From positions 2,418,001-2,482,000 of the forward strand of contig NEEC01000011.1 in NCBI GenBank assembly GCA_002189035.1: DNA of 64,000 nucleotides. The letters run 5' to 3'. Below are positions 24,922-35,834 of the stretch, in pieces. Every line of letters starts with the position of its first letter. The stretch's first letter is position 1. Both the position numbers and the translations under genes were made by a program. Source of the DNA: Utricularia gibba (lineage: Eukaryota > Plantae > Magnoliophyta). The notes under the pieces were generated by a model. That model had not been told where the DNA came from, searched no databases, and saw nothing but the letters and a program-made list of their open reading frames with translations.

Positions 24922-26317
24922 ATGAAGCTATTCCATGTCTTTATCTTCCTTTTCTTGCTGGTGGGTTTTCCGGCGACCAATTCTCAGGATGCTTGCGGCG
25001 CCTCTCTGAACGTCCACCTCCCCTTCGCCGTCAACGCCACGGCTCTCCGCTGTCTACCTGTTTGGCGATCGGAAGGGTTTCTTCTCAGAGTGAGATCGGT
25101 TTCGCGAGTGCTGATTGATTTCCTTTCAGCTTTTACTGGGTTTTAAGCCTGTCTTGGCTGTGGGGTGTGCAGTACCAGCAGGTGTCGGGAGGTGTCTGGA
25201 GCTTCATTCTCTCCGCGCCTAACAACAATGCGTACATCGCCATTGGGTTCTCGCCCAGCGGGAGGATGGTGGGTTCCGATTCTGTCGTTGGGTGGGTCGC
25301 CGGCGACGGAACTGGCACCGTGAGAAGGTATTATCTCGGCGGGACGTCGCGGAGCTCCGTCACTGTGGCGGCCGACAATTCGGGCAACTTCGCCATCTCC
25401 CAATCATCCGTTGTTTCCAACTCGAACCATCTTTACATGGCTTTTCAGCTGACCGGCCAGCCCGCGAGTCATCTGATCTTCGCCGTCGGACCCGCCGGAG
25501 CCCTGCCCAGGAGCCCGAGCTACCGGCTGGCGGAGCACGCGCGTTACACGTCAACCGGCGTGAATCTCAATTCCGGTAGGTGCCTGCCACACGCCTTCAC
25601 CGACTATTTAAATAATCGTCACTTTTTTTAAAAGATAATTTATTTCGATGTCTAACAAAATGGGCATTTCCGTAAATGCACATCAGGAACAAGTCAACAG
25701 CAATCGGATTCCGACTCCGAGACAGAGAGCGAGGGTTCTTCTGGGTCCGGTAATATACTTCTAAAAGCCCATGGGCTCACCGCTACGGTGGGCTGGGCCG
25801 CAGTCCTGCCCTTGGGCATAATGGCGGCCCGGTATCTGAAAACATGGGACCCACTCTGGTTCAACACTCATGTGGCCCTGCAACTGACCGGCTTCTCGCT
25901 GGGCGTCGCCGGAATCGTCACCGGATTCGTCCTCCAAGAACAAACCGACGCCGAGGTCGACACCCACAAGGCCATCGGCATAGCCATCCTCGTCCTCGGT
26001 TGCCTTCAGGTCGCCATCTAAATCCCGCAATGGCCCTCGGCATTTTATTTCACCTGATTACCTATTAAAACAATACTCCACTGCAGGCAACCGCGATACT
26101 GATCCGTCCGGCGAAGTCATCTAAAATCAGAAAGTACTGGAATTGGTACCATTTCAACGCCGGCAGGAGCGCGGTCATTCTGGGGATCGCGAATGCATTT
26201 TATGGCATCCATTTGGGCAACGCCGGCTCGGCATGGAATCTCGGTCTGGGTGCGACCCTGGCCGCCTTCCTCTGCATATCGGTCGCCATGGAGCTCAGGA
26301 TGTGGTTCCGATCGTGA
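24922..26317 (+). CDS. Cytochrome b561 and DOMON domain-containing protein
   Basis: Signal peptide, DOMON (YIAIGFSPSGRMVGS..HLIFAVG), b561 heme-ligand segments (HGLTATVGW, WFNTHVALQ, HKAIG, WNWYHF). Confidence 0.9.
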
Positions 26318-26499
26318 GCTTCTGCGTCTACTGAGTCTGTCGTTTAGGGTTTCGGATTTAGTCCGTCTTCTCTGTCCATCCCGATTTGACATACATATGT
26401 TTGCTCTTCATTCTATTTTATGTTTAATATTTATTTGATTATAATAATATTATGGCTTCTTTTTAATTTTTAATTTAATAAGGTTATTATATTTGAGCC

Positions 26500-26602
26500 G
26501 GCCCAAATAGAAATGGATCGATTATTGAACTTGAGGGGTTCAGCTCATGGCTGTTGGGTGGTTGGGGTTGGGCTTAGCCCAATAGCTATTGACAACCCTA
26601 AT
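26500..26602 (+). promoter_or_regulatory. Site II (TGGGCY-type) and telo-box-like elements upstream of RPL5
   Basis: GGCCCA at 26500 and AACCCTAAT at 26594; this pairing is typical of plant ribosomal protein promoters. Confidence 0.6.
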
Positions 26603-26685
26603 TTCCAATCTCTTTAAACCCCATCTTCCAGGTTGCTGTACGCCGCTGCTTCTCTTCGTTCCTCCAGCCGCCGTTCTCGAGAGCC

Positions 26686-28374
26686 ATGGTGAGTGTCACG
26701 ATTTCTCTGCATTTCGTGTTGTTGATCGGTGAATTTTAGTTTGAGGTATCTCGATTTACCTATGGATTGTTGCTAGCTGACTGGGGGATGTTTGACTGCA
26801 GCCGTTCGTGAAAGCGCTGAAGACAAAGGCGTACTTCAAGCGGTTTCAAGTAAAATTCAAGAGAAGGCGAGGTAGGCTCATTTTGTTTTTTCTGAGGTGC
26901 GTGTTCTGTTCTTTTATGGAGAAAGTTTCTGCATTGACTGTTTTCTCGTGTTTCAGAGGGAAAGACCGACTATCGGGCGAGGATTCGTCTGATTAATCAG
27001 GACAAGAACAAGTACAACACCCCGAAGTATCGATTTGTTGTGCGATTTGTAAGTTTAGCTCATTTATTTCTTTTTCACAGCTTATGCATGTGAATCTGCT
27101 GTTGGGAGGCAATTCTCACTTCATGTTTTCTTGCTTGTGGGTCTTCATTCAGTTGCTACTACCTGTTTGTTGAGATTTTTCTTGTATACGTTTTGCTTTT
27201 AGACCAACAAGGATGTGATCGCTCAAATCATTTCGGCCACCATTGCCGGCGACCGTGTCCTTGCCGCTGCATATGCTCATGAGCTTCCTCGTTATGGACT
27301 TAATGCTGGGCTAACTAACTATGCCGCAGGCAACTCTAGCACCAAGCCCTGTAAAGGAATGAGTTTTTTGCACTTGTAATCGATTTTTCCCATGTATCTC
27401 AGCTTATTGTACTGGCCTTCTGCTCGGAAGACGGGTTTTGAAGAAGCTTGAGTTGGATGAGGAATATGAAGGCAATGTTGAGGTAAATTGTATTTTCCTG
27501 CCCACCTGTTTTCGTACGAGTGTATGAAAAATCTCATTCATTTATGCTTGTCCTTGTGTTAGCTGACAATATCAAACTGTTTATTCAGGCAACAGGTGAG
27601 GATTACTCTGTTGAACCAGCAGAAAGCAGGAGACCTTTCCGTGCACTCCTGGATGTAGGTCTTGTGAGAACCACAACTGGAAACCGTGTTTTTGGAGCAC
27701 TCAAGGTACATTTTATTCATGGGAATACAACTTCTAGCACATGGTTTGCAATGTGAAAAAATTTTAAATACTGTATCGTTGTCCAGGGTGCTTTGGATGC
27801 TGGAATTGATATCCCACACAGTGATAAGAGGTTCGCTGGCTTTAGCAAGGATGGTAAGCAGCTTGATGCCGAGGTGCACCGCAAATACATATACGGAGGG
27901 CATGTTGCCTCTTACATGAAAGTATGTCTTCTTGTTTTTCCTTTTCCTACAGCCTTCTCAACATTTCAAGGCATAAAACCATTTCCTTTTGTCTCTTCTA
28001 GTCCTTGATTGAAGATGAGCCAGAAAAATACCAGTCCCACTTCAGTCATTACATCAAAAAAGGCCTGGATCCAGACAGCATTGAAGAAATGTACAAGAAT
28101 GTTCACGCCGCAATCCGTGCTGATCCCTCACCTAAATCATCCGAAAAGCCAGCATCTAATCAGCACAAGAGGTACGCACTCATCTTCCACACGAGACCAT
28201 CACTCCGTGCCATTCCCTAACTCTCCTCTGCCACTGAATCTGCAATGCAGACACAATCTCAAGAAGCTTACATATGAAGAGAGAAAGGCCAAGCTGATCG
28301 AGAGGCTGAATGCTCTGAATGCTGCTGCTGGAGGCGACGATGATGATGAAGACGATGACGAAGACGACGAGTAA
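26686..28374 (+). CDS. RPL5: 60S ribosomal protein L5 (uL18); first coding exon is ATG only
   Basis: [57 protein letters not shown], acidic C-tail. Confidence 0.97.
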
Positions 28375-29065
28375 ACACCTTCATCATCTGCCATAACAAG
28401 AACCTCATTTGGTGTCAATTTTCCAGTTTGTTTTGTTCCATTGAACATGTTCCCCCATCTTTCACTGAAGCTTATCTTCCGCTAGTCACGTGAGTGCTGA
28501 GTTACTGTGGCGACTGAAGAGACTGTGGAAAGTCAAGAGGGTCATAACACGAGCACGTGATTATGAGCTTCATAATTGCGCATTATGAGCCCCATCTATT
28601 CACTAAGCCAACCCAGGCGGCGCATTTCCCTTTTTTTTTTAGTTTGAAATAATTTTTATTTTTAGAAAAGTATTTCATAATTATTTTATTATCAAATATA
28701 GAATTTTAGAATCCTTCTTATTAAAAAATGGAATAAAAAATTGGCGTTGAAATGAAATATCCGAGGTCGTTGTGTGTAATAGCAATTAATGCGTCATGCA
28801 ACAAATAAATATAAATAAATGCGGAGTTGGGGTGGGGGGGAGAGACAAGGGGTAGTGGGAGGAATAAATAATTAAATAATGTACATATAATATTTTGTGT
28901 TTTTAAAAAGTAATATTTAAATGAATAAAATGTCAACATAAATGGAGTGATTATCGCGTGCAAATGATGTTTAATTAAACTAATTAATGATCACGAGGAG
29001 AGCTTGCAAGTGGAGTAGCGTCTCTCCAAAGGCTCCCCCCAGATCCCCCACTCCACAAGGCATAA

Positions 29066-29086
29066 CTCTCTCTCTCTCTCTCTCTC
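29066..29086 (+). repeat. (CT)n microsatellite / GAGA element upstream of QWRF gene
   Basis: Direct CT run of about 10 units. Confidence 0.85.
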
Positions 29087-29362
29087 GCTCTCGCTCATTC
29101 GCTTTGTGAGCTACTTGTTGCTGGAAAGTGCACTGGCTTCTGTTCACAAGGATATATAGCTTGCTTTCTTTGGGGGTGTGGTGAGGAATCGGGAGGGAAT
29201 GTGGGATCTAGTGAACTTGATTTGTTGGGTTTTCGGTCTGTGCGCCAATTTGTCGTCTTTATTGTCGGTTTCTGTTGTTCTTTAGAGGTTCTTGATGTCT
29301 CTGGGTGTGGGATTACAATGTGAGAGTTGAAGTTTCGGGTTTTGGTGGTGAATTGATTTTAG

Positions 29363-32027
29363 ATGATGGTGGTGGATGCTTCCGGCGCGGCGGTGGGGTC
29401 GCAGAACCAGAAAACTGTCGCCCTACAAGATGATGTTTCGCGGCGACCGCCATTGTTGCCGTCGGAGAGGGATAATAGTAATGGGGTTGCGAATAATCGA
29501 AGGAAACCTAAATCTAGAGTTGTTTCTTCTAGATACATGTCTCCTTCCTCTTCTACATCCACTTCAAATTCATCCTCAGTTTCTTCCTCTTCTTCGTCAT
29601 CCAGAAGGTATCCTTCTCCTTTGATCTCTAGAAGCTCAGCAACGCTGCCCTCCACGGCTTCTCCTCCTGCTAAGAGATCGGTTTCCGTTGACCGCCACAG
29701 GCCTGCGGGTTCAAGGCCACTGACTCCTTATCTTGATTATAAAAGCAGTGGTACCCCTGAGGTTTCAGCTGCAACGAAGCTTTTAGTTACATCTTCTAGG
29801 AGTTTGTCTGTTTCTTTTCAGGGAGAAGCCTTTTCGTTACCTATTAGTAAGACTAAAGTTGCCCCAGCTACACAAAATTTTAGTAGTGCGAGGAAAGGGA
29901 CTCCGGAGAGGCGGAGAACAAGCACGCCTTTGAGAGGTAAGTTGGAAGGAGGAGGTGATCAGGTTGAAAATCTTAAGCTTGCTGATCATCATAGGTGGCC
30001 TGCTAGGGATCGGCTGGTTAATCCGCTGTCCAAAAGCATTAACAATGATGGAAATGATAGGGTTAAGATAATTGGTTCAGGGGATGCAGTCCGAGGATTG
30101 CAGAGGCCAATGCTTGATGAGAGGAGTCCTACGTTTGGTGGTAGGTTGAGTCTTGGTTTTGATTCGTCTGAGCTTTTGAGTGAGTTTCCACCAAGGCCTG
30201 ATAGACATTCAGTCATTGATGGGCTATCCGTCCCTTGCGATTACACTGCATCAGATTCAGATAGTGTTTCGTCTGAAAGTACAACTGGAATTCGTGAACC
30301 TGGTGGTACTTCAATTGCACTAAATGGTCGTCCTAGCATTGCTGTCTCTGCTAGATTTTGGCAAGAGACAAATACCCGGATAAGGAGGCTTCAGGATCCT
30401 GTTTCACCTCTATCTTCTAGTCTAGGATCGAGGATAGTTGCTCCTGCAAAAATGAAAAGGTTTTCAATTGATGGTACAATGTCATCTCCTCGGGCTATGC
30501 TGTCTCCTGTTCGTGGAGTTAATAGAGCTGCATCTCCTAGTAAGGTTCCAGTTGCAGTCGGATCATCTCCCTCCAGGGGACGGATTAGAAATGCAGTTAG
30601 TACCATCTGTAACAATTTTGTTGAAACACCTTCGGTGCTCAGTTTTGCAGTTGATGTTAGAAGGGGTAAAGTCGGGGAGAACAGAATTGTTGATGCACAT
30701 ATGCTAAGACTAATGTATAACCGTCATCTCCAATGGCGCTATGTAAATGCAACAACCGAGTCAGTCTTACTGGTGCAGAAGCACAGTACTGAGGTGACAC
30801 ATGTTTACCTTTTTGGCATTTGAAACTCAAATAGTTGTCCTTATTGTATTATTTTATGCTTGTCCTACACCTGCCATATTTTTATAAAATAGTAAATGTG
30901 TATGGATTTCAAGACATTCTGGCTTCAGAGTCACGTTCAGGACAAGGGCACGAGGGCAGGGTGCTATGCGGCGCCATTGTCAACCATTGATAGTTTTATA
31001 TGATATTTTTCTAAATGAATGCTTCGTTGGTGCCAAAATTATATGTTAAACCATGTTTTGACCCCTGTGTTTTGGTTTATCCAGAAAAGTCTATGGAATG
31101 CATGGATTACTGTCTCGGATCAACGTGATGCTGTCACCAAGAAAAGGCATAAACTGCAGCTGGTGAGGCAAAAGTTGAAACTAGCCTCGATTTTGAAACA
31201 AGAGGTATGCTCTTATCTTATCTTTTGAGTTCAAAACGGTTTTTTTTTTTTTTGGTCTGTAGCTTTGGTTGGCAGAGTCTCTATCTTGTTGTCAATTGTT
31301 CTTTGTTTTCAAGATGTATCTGGGACGATCTGGAATTATGAGAAGCATGTTTTCTAAGGCTTGTCATCATTTTTTGAAGCAGATTTCACTTCTACAAGAT
31401 TGGGCATCTACGGAGAATGACCAATTAGTCTCCTTGAGTGGTGCTATAGAAGCGTTAAAGGCTAGCACGCTTCGTCTTCCTGTGATTGGAGGAGCCTCAG
31501 TATGTTCCTTTCCCTGTTTAAACTGCTAATCCCAAGCCACCTCCTTTTACTTTAACAATCTCTGCAATCGTTTTGATAACAGGCTGATGTCCAAAGCTTG
31601 AAGAATGCTATTGGTTCAGCTGTTGATGTGATGAAGGCCGCGGAGGCTTCAGTTTGCTCCCTTTTGCCAACGGTAATTCTCATTATGTAATCATTCACCG
31701 TTGCATCACATCAGCTGAAGTTTACAAATTTCATTGACATGCTGTCTGGATTTATTTTTTCTTCTGTTTTCCAGGTAGAAGGCGTGAATTCTCTAGTTAC
31801 TGAGCTTGCTAAGCTAACCATTCAGGAGCGGGCTTCCCTCGAACAATGCAAAGATTTACTTTCGTTGTTAGCTGGCATGCAGGTGGAGCTCCTCCTCCTC
31901 CCATCCTCATCTGAATGCTTTCCATATTAAACACCATTTTCAAGTGAATATCACGTTCCACCAGGTTCAAGATGGTAGCCTGAGAACACACATTTTACAG
32001 TGTAGCGGATCATCTTCCACAACGTAG
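29363..32027 (+). CDS. QWRF-motif microtubule-associated protein (QWRF1/SCO3/QWRF2-like), multi-exon
   Basis: VVSSRYMS, SRSLSVSFQGE, ARFWQETN, RLMYNRHLQWRYVNA, ALKASTLRLPV motifs. Confidence 0.9.
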
Positions 32028-33210
32028 TTCTCTGCATATGATTATTAGGCACTAACTCCCATACACAAGCTCTCAACTCCAAGGAAGCAGAAGATTAACA
32101 AACAGAAGGACTAGATGACTACCCATTTTTTGGATTTTCACTGTTCATCAGTTACCTGTGCTCTCCAAGGTATCCCACTAATTTAGCACTGCATTACCAT
32201 GCCCCCCTTACTTTCCTGTAATTTTCCCTGATCAGCCAAAAGTGCGTGTATATATATGCATACAAGAGGGTGTTGATGTTAATCCTACTTTCTCACGCTG
32301 GTGCCATTTACAAATAGGGCTTGCTGCCTCTGTGTGACCATATGATCTCTTAGTTTAACGTGGTGGTCCATGGTGTTATCCTTTTTGTGGGGCGCATTTG
32401 CACCACAATCCATGATCTGGTGGATGCAACTGCAAGTGAGGGCTTCTTCTTTATTCCTTCCCTTTGATGGGTTGGCTGCTTCCTTTTCCTCTGCTTTTTT
32501 GGTGATTGATGGGATGATGCTCTTCCAGCACAATGTGTTCTTGCCGCATGTGGAAGCAACTCTTCCCCCTTTTTTTTCCTGTTGTGTGGAAGCTTTACAA
32601 AAGTTGGGGGTGCCTTTGTGTACTTTTTACAAGCTCTTCCTGCCCTTGGCACCTCTACTTTTTGTTAGTAGGAAATTCTTATTATTTTTTATATATATTT
32701 TTTAAAAATAATAATTTCATCACAATTGAATTGATTTGATTTTTTAACCGTTTATGATAAAAAAAATTGTGTTAAATTTAATTAATTTATTTATGTGGGC
32801 TTTTTTGTTTCCAAGGTATTCCGTACGAAAATGGGCCCAACGAAGATTGGGCCTGATTAAGCAGGCCCGTGATCCTCGCTCAGGACAAAGCCCAATTTTA
32901 GAGCTTTGCCGGTTGTCGTCTCCGCCGTGGCTGTACTTTCCCGGTCACTTTCTCTTCCCGCCAATTGATTGACTGATTCCGTACGAAGATTAGATGGAGG
33001 TTGTGGCCTATAGAAATAGTTGAAAGCTCCCTTCTCTGATTACTTTATTTCTACAGAGTGTATGTGTGGCGATGCAAACTACTTCTCTGTGTTACGGTGC
33101 CATTTGTTCAATGTCACAGCATCGTGTATTTTGATGCCTTGGGGGAGATGGAGGCCTCACCAAACACGTTGAATTTCAAGCCGTGTGTGGATCTTGGAGG
33201 GGGTTCGATG

Positions 33211-33799
33211 TTAATACGGGAGCTCCCCGATGTAGTTCCCCGGCGGGAAGTAGTTGCAGGTCACGAACATCCAGCCGTTGAGGCATCTGGCTTTGGCGCA
33301 TCCCACGCTCTGGGTCGTGTTCCACACCACCTGGGTGTAATGCAGGCACTCCCCTGAGGCCATACACGCCGTCGGGTTCCCAAGGAAGGCCCTCCTCTCG
33401 TCGATCCACAGCGCCACCGCCTCCTTCGCGGTCATGCCCCACGACCCGGCCGCGAGATTTTCCCCGTAGGGCCCCTCGGAATGCAGCATCTCGCAGTCGG
33501 CGGCTCGCTTCGCGGCGTACTCCCGGGCGAACTCCGCCAGGGTGGCGTTCCATACCAGCGGTGGGACGTGGACCAGTCCGCGGGCGAGGTTGTGGACGGC
33601 CATGAAGGACGCGATGGCGTTGCGGCGGCGCCTGCCGTAGGGGAGGGGGTCCAGGGATAGGATCTGCGGGTGGGGGTGTGGGTGGCCTTGACCCCGGCCC
33701 GACGACGAAGGCTCCGGTGGTGTTCCGGGATTGTTGGGCGGCGGCGTGTGAGATGAGGGAGAAGGCCAAGAACAAGGAGAGCTTGGCGGAACAATCCAT
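33211..33799 (-). CDS. PR-1/CAP-family secreted protein with Pro-rich N-terminal spacer; net frameshift within C-rich 33630-33700
   Basis: Signal peptide MDCSAKLSLFLAFSL lies in one frame and the CAP domain (HNLARG, YGENL, CLHYTQVVW, CNYFPPGN) in another; the shift falls in C-rich runs. Confidence 0.88.
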
Positions 33800-34028
33800 T
33801 GTTCTAGTGGCCAGGGACACACAATGGAGAGGAATTGGAGGGAGCTTTAAATGCAGAAATGGAGGGTGGAGCTGGACACACACACATACTATAAATAGAC
33901 TTTGATTAATATAAATGTTTAATATGAAGTTTAGAAAGCAAGTATAAATGAGGGCATTTTATTTGGGAATAAACGTGGGGATTACAAGACAAAGAAAACA
34001 AAATGAGTGAAGGCGTTGGGTTTCAGCT

Positions 34029-35357
34029 TCAGGCACAATTCTCACAGCCTGAAGAGAGCTTCTTCTTCTTCCTTCTTTGGACCCAATCGCACACGACGAC
34101 CTTCTCCAGGTTTCCCACGCGCTGACTGAGCGCGTTCAACATGCGAGCCTGCGCTTCATTTCTCTCGCACAACTGCTCCACCATCTTTAGCATCTTCACG
34201 TTCTCCTCCGCCATTCGCTTCAGCAGCAACTCCCTGGCATCGTTGCTTTCTCTTTCCTCCGATGCATCGGGAACGGAGACGTCCCCGGCCTCTGCCGTCG
34301 GGGCTGCTCCTCCTTCCCTGTGCGAGTCGCTAACTTCCCTCGTCTTTGCATCGAGATCTTCCATTGACGATTCATCATGATCAGTTGTATCATCGTTTTC
34401 GCGTATGATGCCAGCGGATCCATTTCCAGTCCCCGGCGTTGTTGCATCCATTGGCGATTCCTGATGATCAATCGCATCCTCTATTATTGACGCTTCATTG
34501 CACGATATAACCGCCGATTCAGGTTCGGTTCCCGGTGCAATCTCATCGTCGGTAACCTCCAAATCCACCGCCGGCGTTGCATCTATTGGCGATTCATGAT
34601 AGTCCTCCACAGCCGCTTCGATGCACGACACACACCCTCGGCCATTTTCAGAAATGGCTGCAGCATGTTCAAGGACGGCTGATCCAAGTTCAATCCCCGG
34701 AGCAACATCACCGCCATTAAACTCCGAGTCCAACGCCACCGTTGCATCTATTGACGATTCATGACGGTCATCCATTGACGTTTCAGTGCACGACATCGGC
34801 TCTTCGGCATTTTCACAAACTGCAGCGCGTGCAACGACGGCGGATGCAGGTTCAGTTCCCTGCAAAGCAATCTCCGAGTCCACCGCAATCTCGCCGCCTT
34901 TAACCTCCGAATCCACTGAAGCCAATGAATCGATCCTCTCCTGCAAAGCAATCGCCTTCCGAATCACAGCCTTCCTCAGAACACGGACGCCGGAATCCAT
35001 TCCGCTAATCGAATCCAGCTTCAGTAGCACAGACATCAGAGTTTCATTCATCCTCACCCTCTCCTTCCAATCCTTCAAATCCATCACCTTAATTCTCTCC
35101 TCAACCGCCTCAATTTCAGATTCCATCTCCCGAATCTTTTTCACACACTTCCTAACCCTAAATCCCCTGTAAACCTTCTGAATCCTCGACGCAAATACCG
35201 ATCTGTCCACTTCCTCCTCCGACCTGACGAAACGCACTGGAATTTGAACAACTTTGGGCGTCGCGTGATGCGTCGGGCGACGATATCGGTAAAAAGGATC
35301 GCTTCCTCCAATCGCCTCCGGCCGCCGTGATGAGTTCTCAAAAAGCCTACCGTCCAT
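34029..35357 (-). CDS. IQ + BAG domain co-chaperone (BAG5/6-like) with acidic repeats and C-terminal coiled coil
   Basis: IQKVYRGFRVRK IQ motif, ETLMSVLLKLDSI..VRVLRKAVIRKAIALQERID BAG domain, single exon. Confidence 0.88.
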   Translation of the reverse strand: MDGRLFENSSRRPEAIGGSDPFYRYRRPTHHATPKVVQIPVRFVRSEEEVDRSVFASRIQKVYRGFRVRKCVKKIREMESEIEAVEERIKVMDLKDWKERVRMNETLMSVLLKLDSISGMDSGVRVLRKAVIRKAIALQERIDSLASVDSEVKGGEIAVDSEIALQGTEPASAVVARAAVCENAEEPMSCTETSMDDRHESSIDATVALDSEFNGGDVAPGIELGSAVLEHAAAISENGRGCVSCIEAAVEDYHESPIDATPAVDLEVTDDEIAPGTEPESAVISCNEASIIEDAIDHQESPMDATTPGTGNGSAGIIRENDDTTDHDESSMEDLDAKTREVSDSHREGGAAPTAEAGDVSVPDASEERESNDARELLLKRMAEENVKMLKMVEQLCERNEAQARMLNALSQRVGNLEKVVVCDWVQRRKKKKLSSGCENCA

Positions 35358-35464
35358 CTTAGCAAAGATACAATGCAAGAGCTGCTCCAAAACGTGGAGA
35401 TATTTCCCGACGGAGTGAATTGCATATCTCGGGGGTATTTAGCGAACAACGCCGAAGGCTGATC

Positions 35465-35540
35465 GGAGGCTCTGGAGAATTCCAGAGAAGGACAGATACT
35501 TCTCCGGAATGCTCACCAGAAAAATCCCGAAGATTCTACC
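35465..35540. promoter_or_regulatory. Possible heat-shock-element-like GAA/TTC cluster in the BAG-MDH divergent spacer
   Basis: TCTGGAGAATTCCAGA palindrome plus GAAGATTC; imperfect HSE geometry. Confidence 0.3.
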
Positions 35541-35834
35541 ACGTGTTCGATGACGTGATTAAGATTCTTTAACTGGGCTGGTCTGGGCCGTTCTGGGCCT
35601 ACCTTTCGAAGCTCATTATATTGGAAGCCCACAACGTTTCTTTTTCTCTATTAAATAAATAAAAAAACTCCAAAGAAAAAGAGAGTCTTGGACGCCACAA
35701 ACAACGGATACATTAACAAAGGCTCAGAAATTTCCAATGTCATCTTTGACATTGCGTAGCTGCAATTTCTTGAGCCATAAAATTGCATATTTATCCGTTT
35801 CAGGCGCCACTTCCGAGCGTAGTGGAGTGTATCC

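Noticed and set aside
30725-30750. QWRY instead of QWRF motif
   Set aside because: Conservative aromatic change; not enough evidence of novelty without family alignment.
32394-32406. GCATTTGCACC resembling the start of miR530
   Set aside because: The match stops after 11 nt and the hairpin is too short and imperfect for a pre-miRNA.
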